From: Candidatus Subterrananammoxibius californiae
GTDB taxonomy: Bacteria; Planctomycetota; Brocadiia; Brocadiales; Subterrananammoxibiaceae
Length of the DNA: 64,000 bases
Direction of reading: 5' to 3'
Assembly: GCA_030586555.1 (NCBI GenBank)
Contig: JAURAC010000002.1
Coordinates: forward strand, 64,001-128,000
Part shown: positions 30,399-39,787 of the stretch, piece by piece
How the letters are laid out: the number at the start of each line of letters is the position of its first letter
How positions within the stretch are numbered: the first letter of the stretch is position 1
Position numbers and translations under genes: made by a program
Notes under the pieces: generated by a model
Database searches by the model: none
The model's input: only the letters and a program-made list of their open reading frames with translations
What the model was told of the DNA's origin: nothing

Positions 30399-30670
30399 TA
30401 TTATATCCCAATCTCAAAATCCCAAGAAACAATCGAAAAATTAATCACTTAATGTTATCCAACACCTATCCCTATGTCAAGAACTAATTGCTCGTTGACA
30501 TTGAGCTGGATAAGTAATACAATATAACCCGAATTTGAAAAGAAATAATTCAACAAAAATATCTAAACAAAAAAGTTAAAGAAGGAAGAATTTCAGAATA
30601 CGGGAGCCAGAATAAAGGAATTAGACCTCTGACTTCTGGATTCTGTCTTCTGACTTCTGAATTCTGGAAT

Positions 30671-31489
30671 ATGATAGCTATCGTCTGCGCCATGAGCTCG
30701 GAGGTTGAGCCAATTAAGGCGCAAATGAATGTCCTGAAAACCTTCAGTGAAGAAAGCGCCACATTTTACCAAGCAGAGTTTAACGGCTTCCCAATTACAA
30801 TTGTGCAATCCGGCATAGGCATGAGTAAGGCTGTAACAGTTACCAAACGCTTGCTACAGCTATTTAAGATACATCTCATAATTTCCGCCGGGTTTGCAGG
30901 TGGCTTGCAGGAAAGGATAAACGTTGGCGATTTGATAATTGCAAAAAACGTGCTATACGCAAAACATACTTGCATTGAGCGACCTGCAGGGGCGACCCGC
31001 CGGGTCGCCCCTACTTCGGAAGGATTGAAGGTTATTTCCAACCTGCCTTGCGAGTCCTCTTTTGTCAGATTAGCAAGAGACATTGGCAATGAAGAAGGTT
31101 TAAAGATACACGTAGGAGATATAATAACGGTAGATGAAATGATTGCACAATCTAAGACGAAGATGTCTCTGGGCGAAAATCTCTCGGCATTAGCTGTTGA
31201 TATGGAAACGGCATTTATTGGTCAGGTCGCATCCGACGCAGGCATCCCCTTTGTCTCCGTTCGTTCTATATCAGACGATGTAAATGATGATATAGTTGTG
31301 GATTTCAAGCATTTTGTGGATGACGCTGGAAACGTAAAATTTCGGTCTGTAGTCTCACAAATTTCCAAAGTTTTACCGCATATTGTTCAGTTGAGACAGA
31401 TGCATAAACAGGCAAAGATTGCAGCAACCACACTTGCGGCTTTCTTGCCACATTTTATAACCAGTTTATATAACCAAATCGTTTTCTGA
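30671..31489 (+). CDS. MTA/SAH nucleosidase-family phosphorylase, probably hopanoid-associated (HpnG-like)
   Basis: SGIG, AGFAGGL, AVDMETA, VRSISD; divergently transcribed from hpnH. Confidence 0.75.
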   Translation: MIAIVCAMSSEVEPIKAQMNVLKTFSEESATFYQAEFNGFPITIVQSGIGMSKAVTVTKRLLQLFKIHLIISAGFAGGLQERINVGDLIIAKNVLYAKHTCIERPAGATRRVAPTSEGLKVISNLPCESSFVRLARDIGNEEGLKIHVGDIITVDEMIAQSKTKMSLGENLSALAVDMETAFIGQVASDAGIPFVSVRSISDDVNDDIVVDFKHFVDDAGNVKFRSVVSQISKVLPHIVQLRQMHKQAKIAATTLAAFLPHFITSLYNQIVF

Positions 31490-31568
31490 ACTGTTATTGC
31501 GAGCTTAAGGCGAATCAATCCCAATGAGATTCCTCACTTCGCTCGGAATGACACAAAGAGGACACTTG

Positions 31569-32087
31569 ATGGGTAAGAAAATAGGCGTAGTAATGGGGAG
31601 TGATTCCGACCTCGATACAATGAAAGAGGCTTTAAACACTCTAAAGGAATTTGGCTTAGAATACGACGTAGACGTAATATCCTGCCATCGCGCACCTGAG
31701 CGAGCCTTTCAATATGCCACAGAGGCAGAAAAAAAGGGATACGGGGTAATTATTGCTGGCGCTGGTGGGGCAGCACATTTAGCAGGCGTATTAGCCTCGC
31801 TTACCACAATCCCTATAATTGGTGTGCCAATTATGACCACAGGTCTCAGCGGTCTTGACTCCCTCTATTCTATGGTCCAGATGCCGGGAGGAGTCCCGGT
31901 TGCAACAATGGCAATAGGAAAGGCAGGCGCAAAAAACGCTGGCGTCCTGGCGGCACAAATCTTTAGTATAGCCGACCCCACTTTAAGGAAAAAACTTGTT
32001 GCTTATAAAAAAAAGCTATCGGACGAAGTGGCACTTAAGTCTTCCAAAATCAAGAAAGAACCGGAGCCATCCCCACGGAACTCATAA
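31569..32087 (+). CDS. purE: N5-CAIR mutase
   Basis: VMGSDSD, AGAGGAAHLAG, SMVQMPGGVPVAT. Confidence 0.97.
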   Translation: MGKKIGVVMGSDSDLDTMKEALNTLKEFGLEYDVDVISCHRAPERAFQYATEAEKKGYGVIIAGAGGAAHLAGVLASLTTIPIIGVPIMTTGLSGLDSLYSMVQMPGGVPVATMAIGKAGAKNAGVLAAQIFSIADPTLRKKLVAYKKKLSDEVALKSSKIKKEPEPSPRNS

Positions 32088-32092
32088 ATACA

Positions 32093-33313
32093 ATGTTCAA
32101 GAGCGTTGAAGAACAACTTTCAGTGATTAAACGTGGAACCGTTGACATTGTTCGCGAAGATGAACTTGTTGATAAACTAAAAAGGTCAATAAGGGAAAAT
32201 AAACCTCTACGAGTAAAACTTGGTCTTGACCCCACGGCGCCAGATATACATATCGGTAATGCCATCCCAATTCATAAATTACAAGCATTTCAACAACTTG
32301 GTCATACAGCCGTCATGATAATCGGGGATTATACCGCAATGGTGGGCGACCCCTCGGGTGTAAACAAAACAAGGCCCATGATAAGCAAACAGGCTGTGCT
32401 TGATAATGCCAAAACATACCTTAACCAGGTAGGGAAAATTATAGACGTCAATAAGGCAGAAATTGTCTATAATAGCCAGTGGTTTGAAAAGATGACGTTC
32501 TCCGATATCATTAAACTTACCTCCAGAATAACCGTTGCAAGGATAATTGAACGAGATGATTTTGCGAAGCGACTCGCAGCCAAGGTTCCTATCAGTTTAC
32601 ACGAATGTATTTACCCGCTTATGCAAGGCTATGATTCCGTAATGGTGAAGAGTGATGTTGAGCTTGGGGGGACTGACCAGTTGTTTAGCCTTCTTATCGG
32701 CAGGGATTTGCAGAGGGATTATAACATAGAGGCACAAATCGCCCTGACTACACCACTCTTAGAAGGCACGGATGGGAACAAAAAGATGAGCAAGAGCCTG
32801 GGAAACTACATAGGGATTACTGAACCACCAGAGGAGATGTTTGGTAAGGCAATGTCCATTCCAGACACCCTCATGCGGAAATATTTTGAATTAGTCACCG
32901 ACTTGAGCATAGAACAAATAGATAAACTCCTTAATCACAGTGTCCATCCACGGGATGCTAAGGTAGCGCTTGGCAAGGCAATTGTCTCCCGTTATTACAA
33001 CAGTGATGCTGCCGAAAGGGCAACAGTGGAGTTTGACAAAATTTTCAGAGAACATAAACTGCCGGAAGAGATACCAGAGATTCAGGTCCCAAAAAACGAA
33101 CTCAAGGATGGAAAGTTATGGATAGTAAAGTTACTGGTATTATGCAGGTTCGCATCAACAAATGGCGAGGCGAGAAGACTGGTAGCACAGGGCGGTGTTA
33201 ATATAAACGATACTACCTATAATGACCCGAACCTCGAAGTTAATATAGAACCTGGTATGATACTTAAGGTTGGAAAACGCAGATTTGCCAGGGTTGTATT
33301 AGAGAAGCTATAA
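32093..33313 (+). CDS. tyrS: Tyrosine--tRNA ligase
   Basis: LGLDPTAPDIHIGN, YPLMQGYD, KMSKS, C-terminal S4 domain. Confidence 0.97.
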   Translation: MFKSVEEQLSVIKRGTVDIVREDELVDKLKRSIRENKPLRVKLGLDPTAPDIHIGNAIPIHKLQAFQQLGHTAVMIIGDYTAMVGDPSGVNKTRPMISKQAVLDNAKTYLNQVGKIIDVNKAEIVYNSQWFEKMTFSDIIKLTSRITVARIIERDDFAKRLAAKVPISLHECIYPLMQGYDSVMVKSDVELGGTDQLFSLLIGRDLQRDYNIEAQIALTTPLLEGTDGNKKMSKSLGNYIGITEPPEEMFGKAMSIPDTLMRKYFELVTDLSIEQIDKLLNHSVHPRDAKVALGKAIVSRYYNSDAAERATVEFDKIFREHKLPEEIPEIQVPKNELKDGKLWIVKLLVLCRFASTNGEARRLVAQGGVNINDTTYNDPNLEVNIEPGMILKVGKRRFARVVLEKL

Positions 33314-33565
33314 GCCATGAGCTTTCAGCTAAAATAAGGTGAAAACTTGCTTTTTACTATTGAAAATCAACAGGTGTAGCGTTATAGTATAATAGAATAT
33401 TGGCAGAGCTAAGTGACACGTGGTAAGGTGTTAGTGAAAGAAGACTGAAGGCTGAGGAAAAGATGGGCTGAAGGAAAAATCTTTTTCTTCAGCCTCAGCC
33501 TTAAGCCTTCAGCCTGTGCTTTACTCGTCACTATCACCTCGTCCCTTACCACTATATTTAAAGGT

Positions 33566-33641
33566 GGCGGCGTAGCTCAGGTGGTAGAGCAGCGGACTCA
33601 TAAGCCGCATGTCAGGGGTTCGAATCCCTTCGCCGCTACCA
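33566..33641 (+). tRNA. tRNA-Met(CAT), elongator-like
   Basis: Cloverleaf GGCGGCG.../CGCCGCT-ACCA; anticodon loop CTCATAA; TTCGAAT T-loop. Confidence 0.93.
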
Positions 33642-33698
33642 GTTTCTTTTCTGCTGGTTACTTATGAAAAAGCAAGAAAAATATAGAGGAACAACACG

Positions 33699-33977
33699 AT
33701 GCCAAAAGTATTGATAAAAGAGACCGTAACAAAAGAAATTGAGGTTCCCTTGAAGACAATTTATAAGCTTATTGATACACTTTCGGCAGAGGATAAGAAG
33801 GAACTCCTTAACAAACTACTAACTTCTATACAAAGGAAAGGAAAATTTAAATTTATTCCCTTTAGAAAAGTTAAAATTGAAGACCTCTTGTCAGATTTTA
33901 AAGCCACGGATTTATACGAGGAGGATTTTTTACGAGACCTGGAGAATGGCCTTAAGAAATCTTCGTTATACAGGTAA
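33699..33977 (+). CDS. Putative antitoxin
   Basis: 92 aa, acidic C-terminus (YEEDFLRDLENGL), directly upstream of a RelE-like toxin. Confidence 0.7.
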   Translation: MPKVLIKETVTKEIEVPLKTIYKLIDTLSAEDKKELLNKLLTSIQRKGKFKFIPFRKVKIEDLLSDFKATDLYEEDFLRDLENGLKKSSLYR

Positions 33978-33983
33978 ATTGTA

Positions 33984-34238
33984 GTGCCAAAAATATTTGA
34001 ACTACGGAAGGACCTTGAGGAGTATATTGACCGACATGGTCTCAGGAAAAAGTGGCAAAAGGTAAAGAAATTATTTGAAGGAAACCCGTCCCATCCATCC
34101 TTGAATACCGAACTTTTAGAACCGAAACATAGACTTATCTACTCATTCAGAATAGATAGAAAATATCGAGCGCTTTTTATAGTTACTAAGGAAGGAGATG
34201 CAGAAATAATAGCAATAACAAAACATTACAAAAAATAG
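33984..34238 (+). CDS. RelE/YoeB-like toxin
   Basis: NPSHPSLNTELL..IYSFRIDRKYRALF..IIAITKHY. Confidence 0.8.
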   Translation: MPKIFELRKDLEEYIDRHGLRKKWQKVKKLFEGNPSHPSLNTELLEPKHRLIYSFRIDRKYRALFIVTKEGDAEIIAITKHYKK

Positions 34239-34253
34239 TCAGAGATATGGTAA

Positions 34254-34286
34254 ATGTCCAAGGTTCGAATCCCTGCGCCGTTACCA
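34254..34286 (+). repeat. Diverged copy of tRNA-Met 3' end (33609-33641)
   Basis: atgtccaaggttcgaatccctgcgccgttacca; 28/33 identical. Confidence 0.9.
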
Positions 34287-34490
34287 ATCTTTCTTAAAAA
34301 TTTATCACGTATCAAACTTTTGTACCGCTTTTCCACTAACCACTTATCAATAATCCTCCCTCCTTAAATTAGGATTGATTTAAGCATCGAAAAATTGTAA
34401 GCTAATACATGAGTTGCGAGTTAGGAGTTCAGAGTTCCGAGTCTCTAAACTCTCAACACTTAACTTCTAACTCAAAGTATAGGTTTATCA

Positions 34491-34598
34491 ATGGAAACAA
34501 GACTATCAACTAAATACAATCCAAAAGAGATAGAGGAGTTAAAAGCATGTTCTGGGGACATGCTTTTAACAAACCTTCCAACGTACAAATGGAAATAA
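34491..34598 (+). other. 35-aa uORF whose first 16 codons duplicate the valS start
   Basis: METRLSTKYNPKEIEE vs MEIKLSTKYNPKDIED (41/48 nt); contains 13-bp perfect hairpin 34538-34570; stop overlaps valS start. Confidence 0.85.
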
Positions 34599-37297
34599 AA
34601 CTTTCGACTAAATACAATCCAAAAGACATAGAAGACAAGGTATATAAATTCTGGGAAGAGGGTGGATTCTTTCACGCCGAGCCAGACCCCAAGAAGAAGC
34701 CCTATTCTATTGTCATACCACCGCCAAACGTTACCGGTGCCCTGCACATGGGGCATGCCCTTAATAACATCCTTCAGGACATCCTTATTCGCTGGAGGCG
34801 TATGCAAGGATACAACACACTGTGGATGCCAGGGACAGACCATGCTGGCATAGCAACCCAGAACGTTGTTGAAAAAGAACTCTCTACCAAAGGTAAAACG
34901 AGGGATAGCCTCGGACGTGAGAAGTTTATTGAGGCTGTATGGAACTGGAAGGAAAAATACGGCTCAACCATCATTAATCAATTAAAGAAATTGGGCAGTT
35001 CCTGCGACTGGCAGAGGGAAAGATTCACAATGGACGATGGGCTATCTCGTGCTGTTAGGGAAACATTCGTACAATTGTATGAAAGGGGTCTAATATACAA
35101 GGGAAAATATATTATAAACTGGTGTCCGAGATGCAGAACTGCCCTTGCAGATGATGAGGTTGACCATGAGGAACATGACGGGCATCTCTGGTACATCAGG
35201 TATCCATTCCGTGACGAACCTCATCTCTTTATCACAATTGCCACAACACGGCCAGAGACTATGCTGGGCGATGTTGCCGTTGCCGTCAATCCTGCCGACA
35301 CAAGATATAGCGAAATGATTGGTGAAATCCTCGTTTTGCCCGAGGTAGACCGTGAGATACCAATTATTGCAGATGAATCCGTGGACATGAATTTTGGAAC
35401 CGGCGCCGTAAAGGTTACACCAGCCCACGACCCCAATGACTTTGATATATCTAAGCGCCATAACCTCAAACCCATTGTGGTAATGAACGAAGACGGCACC
35501 ATGAATGCCAACGCAAATAATTACGCTGGAATGGACAGATATGAGTGCAGAGAGGCGCTCGTTGAAGAACTAAAGCAAAAGATGCTGCTCTGGAAGATAG
35601 AACCCCACAAACATGCAGTTGGCCACTGTTACCGATGCCATACGGTCGTAGAACCCTATCTTTCAGACCAGTGGTTTGTGAAAATGAAGCCACTCTCTCA
35701 GGTTGCAATTGAGGCGACAAAAAACGGACTGGTCACCTTTTATCCAGAACGATGGGCAAACGTATATCTAAGCTGGCTCGAAAATGTACATGACTGGTGC
35801 ATATCAAGACAGATATGGTGGGGGCATCGCATACCTGCATGGTACTGTAAGGACTGTGGCAAAATAAATGTAAATCATACCACGCCTCAAAGCTGTTCAA
35901 AATGCGGTAGTAAGGAACTCAAGCAGGATGAAGACGTTTTAGACACATGGTTCAGCTCTGCGCTCTGGCCATTCTCTACCATGGGCTGGCCTGAGGAGAC
36001 TGCTGAACTCAAATATTATTATCCTACCTCAACCCTTATAACCGATAGAGGCATCATATATTTCTGGGTCGCCAGAATGGTTATGATGGGGCTGGAAATG
36101 ATGAATAAGGCGCCTTTCTCCCACGTCTATATACACGGCACAATCCTTGATGAAATTGGCAGGAAGATGAGCAAGTCACTCGGCAATGGGATTGACCCAT
36201 TACTGATGATTGACCGATTTGGCGCAGATGCCGTCAGGCTATCCCTTATCATGCTAACAACTGAGGGACAGGACATTAAACTCTCCGAAAGTAAATTTGA
36301 GATGGGGCGGAACTTCATTAACAAGGTCTGGAACGCCTCTCGATTTGCGCTAATGAATCTTAAAGCTCACACGGAGGGTGGCACGGACAAACAGGTTTGT
36401 CCGTGGCACTTCACAGAGGACGACTATGCCTTCGAGGATAAGTGGATTCTAAGCAGACTTAATTCAACGGTTGACGTTTGCACATCCTTTCTTGAAAACT
36501 ATCGTTTCAACGAAGCAATAAGGACATTATATGAGTTTATCTGGCACGAATTCTGTGATTGGTACCTCGAAATCATTAAGCCAAGGCTCTACAATTCATC
36601 AGATAATAAGAACAAGGTGGTTGCCCAGCATATACTTTCGACAGGTCTCGATAAAATCCTTCGTTTACTGCATCCCTTTGCCCCCTACGTTACAGAGGAA
36701 CTCTGGCAAAATCTTAAGAAAATCACTGCGGAAGGTGATATATCAGTATCAAAAGAAATGGGCGCTCAAAGTATAATGATAAGTTCCTGGCCCATGTGCG
36801 ATAACTCTAAAAGGAGTCAGAAAATTGAGGGTGCTGTAGCGCTTATTCAGAATCTTGTGCGTGCCGTCAGAAACATTAGAAGCAAGATGGGCATCTTAGA
36901 AAAGCAGCCTCTTAAGGTAATAATATCTGTGCCTGATGAAGAAAATAAAAGGATGATAGAAAGTCATAAAGAACTCCTCAGACAGATGGCTAACCTCGAT
37001 GGACTGGAAATAGGCATTAAACTGCCGAGGCCAAAATCCTCAGCAAGTGAAGTAATGGGTGAGTATCAAACATTCGTCCCGCTTGTTGGACTCATTGACC
37101 TTGAGACAGAAAAGACACGACAGCAAAAGCGTATTGCCGAACTACGGGGACTCCTTACAAAGGTTCATGACAAATTATCCAATAAAGAATTTATTGAGAA
37201 GGCGCCCGAACACATTGTTAACATGGAACGCCAGCGTGAGGCGGAGTTTCTTGAACAAATTACAAAGCTGGAGCACATTTTACTGGACCTCGATTGA
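34589..37297 (+). CDS. valS: Valine--tRNA ligase
   Basis: PPPNVTGALHMGHA, DWCISRQIWWGH, KMSKS, C-terminal coiled coil. Confidence 0.97.
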   Translation: MEIKLSTKYNPKDIEDKVYKFWEEGGFFHAEPDPKKKPYSIVIPPPNVTGALHMGHALNNILQDILIRWRRMQGYNTLWMPGTDHAGIATQNVVEKELSTKGKTRDSLGREKFIEAVWNWKEKYGSTIINQLKKLGSSCDWQRERFTMDDGLSRAVRETFVQLYERGLIYKGKYIINWCPRCRTALADDEVDHEEHDGHLWYIRYPFRDEPHLFITIATTRPETMLGDVAVAVNPADTRYSEMIGEILVLPEVDREIPIIADESVDMNFGTGAVKVTPAHDPNDFDISKRHNLKPIVVMNEDGTMNANANNYAGMDRYECREALVEELKQKMLLWKIEPHKHAVGHCYRCHTVVEPYLSDQWFVKMKPLSQVAIEATKNGLVTFYPERWANVYLSWLENVHDWCISRQIWWGHRIPAWYCKDCGKINVNHTTPQSCSKCGSKELKQDEDVLDTWFSSALWPFSTMGWPEETAELKYYYPTSTLITDRGIIYFWVARMVMMGLEMMNKAPFSHVYIHGTILDEIGRKMSKSLGNGIDPLLMIDRFGADAVRLSLIMLTTEGQDIKLSESKFEMGRNFINKVWNASRFALMNLKAHTEGGTDKQVCPWHFTEDDYAFEDKWILSRLNSTVDVCTSFLENYRFNEAIRTLYEFIWHEFCDWYLEIIKPRLYNSSDNKNKVVAQHILSTGLDKILRLLHPFAPYVTEELWQNLKKITAEGDISVSKEMGAQSIMISSWPMCDNSKRSQKIEGAVALIQNLVRAVRNIRSKMGILEKQPLKVIISVPDEENKRMIESHKELLRQMANLDGLEIGIKLPRPKSSASEVMGEYQTFVPLVGLIDLETEKTRQQKRIAELRGLLTKVHDKLSNKEFIEKAPEHIVNMERQREAEFLEQITKLEHILLDLD

Positions 37298-37316
37298 AGC
37301 CATCTTCAATCGCAAA

Positions 37317-37454
37317 ATGAAAATTATAAATTTAAAATTTAAAATTCCTAATTTTCAATTTATATTATTTACAACCATCCTAATGGCTATCTGTGTAGCC
37401 ATTTTTAGTTTACCCATCTTTGCACAGGATACAGGTAGAGCAATCTGTCAATGA
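37317..37454 (+). other. Orphan signal-peptide mini-ORF (45 aa)
   Basis: MKIINLK..ILMAICVAIFSLPIFAQDT; stop overlaps next ATG; AQDT matches the next gene's cleavage site. Confidence 0.65.
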
Positions 37455-38875
37455 AAAAAAAATTAGTTCTTATCTTTTGCCTTTTTTGGAGTGCATTAAC
37501 CGTGTTAATGCAGATACACAGCGACATGGTCGCTGCACTCCATAGTTTAGCCCTTGCGCAAGATACAAGCGAAGTCCCCGTAGAGGCGGGTTTAAAACCC
37601 CCTCCTACAGCAAAAAAATGCCCACTATGCGGTAAGGTTTATCCTGCCGATACAAACTTTTGCGGTGTGGATGGAGAGAAACTCACAGAGGTTGCGACAA
37701 AATTGGTATGCCCGGAGTGTAATAAAGAGGGAGCGCCCGGAGAGACCTTCTGCAGAGAACACGGGAAAGAACTGGTGCCCATCGAAGTTCAAGCAAGTCC
37801 TGAGGATATTCTGAAAATACAGAAGTTTGAACAGGCTACTAATTACTACAAGAGTGGAAATGAATTAAGCGATAAGGGGGAGTATGACGCTGCATTGGAA
37901 GAATATAAGAAGGCAGAAGCCTTATATCCAGACATCCCTGAACTACAATACAATATGGGCTGGCTTTACGGAAAGGCTGGAGACCAGGAAAAGGCAATTA
38001 AACACCTGAGGGAATATTGCATGTTAAACCCAAATGCCCCCGATTTAAGTAAGGTCGCCTCATACATTGCAATACTGCAGGAGATTCTGAACAAAAAAAG
38101 TGAAGTTGAGAAAAGCGCAAAAGATAGAGATGCTATAATGAAGGAGTCCCTTACCAAAAACATGGAGAAATGGGATATGGTGCTAATCCCGGCAGGTGAA
38201 TTCATCATGGGTATAAACGAGGCACGTGCTGATGCACGGCCAGAACACAAAGTGTATCTCGATGCTTTTTATATTGACAAATACGAAGTGACAAACGTTC
38301 AGTATTATGAATTCCTCGAATATATCAAAAAAACAGGCGACCACAGTAAGTGCCATCCCGATGAACCTAAAGGAACAGACCATAAACCGAGTTTGTGGGA
38401 AGATGATTATTATAATAATCCCGAGTACCCCGTAGTAAGAATAATGTGGTACGATGCCTACGCTTATGCAGCATGGGCAGGGAAGCGCTTGCCCACCGAG
38501 GCTGAATGGGAAAAGGCAGCGAGGGGACCAAATGGAAATAAGTGGCCATGGGGAAACGAATGGGACACTGCCAAATGCCATCTCGGCGAGGAGCCAGCGC
38601 CAGTGGGAAGTGTTGAGGCTGGTAAAAGTTTTTACGGTTGCTACGACATGGCAGGCAGCGTTGCAGAGTGGTGCGCAGACTGGTACGAGATAGAGTATTA
38701 CCAGCATACACCTACAAGAAATCCAACAGGTCCTGAAACTGGCAGCCAGAGGTTGTTACGCGGCGGCTCGAGGTTTGGCAGGGGCTTTCTTCTCCGCAGC
38801 ACAACGCGTAAATATCAAGAACCGCAGGTTTCCAACATCGCCGTGGGCTTCCGCTGTGCCAAGACGCCCTCTTGA
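37451..38875 (+). CDS. Secreted FGE-sulfatase (SUMF1) domain protein with double zinc ribbon and TPR
   Basis: CPLC/FC..CPEC/FC..H, TPRs, IPAGEFIMG, RLPTEAEWEKAARG, GFRCA. Confidence 0.9.
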   Translation: MKKKLVLIFCLFWSALTVLMQIHSDMVAALHSLALAQDTSEVPVEAGLKPPPTAKKCPLCGKVYPADTNFCGVDGEKLTEVATKLVCPECNKEGAPGETFCREHGKELVPIEVQASPEDILKIQKFEQATNYYKSGNELSDKGEYDAALEEYKKAEALYPDIPELQYNMGWLYGKAGDQEKAIKHLREYCMLNPNAPDLSKVASYIAILQEILNKKSEVEKSAKDRDAIMKESLTKNMEKWDMVLIPAGEFIMGINEARADARPEHKVYLDAFYIDKYEVTNVQYYEFLEYIKKTGDHSKCHPDEPKGTDHKPSLWEDDYYNNPEYPVVRIMWYDAYAYAAWAGKRLPTEAEWEKAARGPNGNKWPWGNEWDTAKCHLGEEPAPVGSVEAGKSFYGCYDMAGSVAEWCADWYEIEYYQHTPTRNPTGPETGSQRLLRGGSRFGRGFLLRSTTRKYQEPQVSNIAVGFRCAKTPS

Positions 38876-39015
38876 ATATCGTTATTTAATTTTAGTAATA
38901 AGTCTGGTTATGTTATAATGTGTATCAATATTCAGCGCATATTACAAATTAAAAGTGTATATAAAATGCTTGATTAATCAAGTCTCTACATATCATCAGC
39001 AAAGGGAGCTAAAAA

Positions 39016-39240
39016 ATGCGAAGGGGTATTACATTAGAAAAAATTGAAAAAGAGATAGAGAGGCTTACACCTCAGGAGCAGTTAAAATTGGTAGAAAGAC
39101 TTGCTCATCAATTAAGAAAGACTGGTCTTACCATGAAAAAGGAACTTAGCTGGAATAAACTCTACGGTCTTGGAAAAGGACTTTGGAAAGGAGAAGATGC
39201 TCAAGAGTATGTTAATCGTTTGAGAGAGGATCGGATATGA
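39016..39240 (+). CDS. Putative VapB-type antitoxin
   Basis: GLGKGLWKGEDAQEYVNRLRE; ATGA overlap with PIN gene. Confidence 0.8.
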   Translation: MRRGITLEKIEKEIERLTPQEQLKLVERLAHQLRKTGLTMKKELSWNKLYGLGKGLWKGEDAQEYVNRLREDRI

Positions 39241-39683
39241 CCCTTGGTGATGAGTTTAGCCAAATTAGCACCATATTTATAGATACAGCCCCAGTTATCT
39301 ACTATATTGAAGCCCATCCTCAGTTTGGGCCACTTGCAAAAGAAGTTGTTGATTCTTTTCAGTCAGAGAGATTGAATGCCTTTTCTTCTGTTATAACCCT
39401 TACTGAAGTTTTGCCCAAACCAATTGAAGCAGGAGATGAGAAGCTGGCAAGAAAATTTGCAGAGTTTCTCAAGCGTGGGAAAAATCTTAGTCTAATAGAA
39501 ATCTCTGCAGGTATCGCTGAGAGGGCTGGGAGATTGAGAGGACAATATTCAAACCTCAGGACTATAGATGCTATTCAGATTTCAGCAGCTATTGATGTTG
39601 GAGCTGGTGCGTTTCTTACCAATGATAAGAATCTCAAACAGATAAAAGAAATAAAGGTCCTGGTTTTAAAAGATTATTTATAG
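39237..39683 (+). CDS. vapC: PIN-domain VapC toxin
   Basis: FIDTAPVIY, TLTEVL, IDAIQISAA, FLTNDK. Confidence 0.9.
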   Translation: MTLGDEFSQISTIFIDTAPVIYYIEAHPQFGPLAKEVVDSFQSERLNAFSSVITLTEVLPKPIEAGDEKLARKFAEFLKRGKNLSLIEISAGIAERAGRLRGQYSNLRTIDAIQISAAIDVGAGAFLTNDKNLKQIKEIKVLVLKDYL

Positions 39684-39787
39684 GAACGACCAACGACGTG
39701 TAACAGTGTGTTTGCTCTTTCCCTACTCAAACGCCTTATGCACTTCGCCGAGCCTCATTGTTAGCCGCAATGTAATGAGGAGTAAAA

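Noticed and set aside
34290..34588. T-box leader for valS
   Set aside because: No T-box consensus or specifier stem seen; the hairpin lacks a U tract
38890..38920. dif-like site (..AATAA-GTCTGG-TTATGTTATAA) before a TA module
   Set aside because: Equally explained as an extended -10 promoter (TGTTATAAT); the XerC arm is poor and there is no partner site on the other flank
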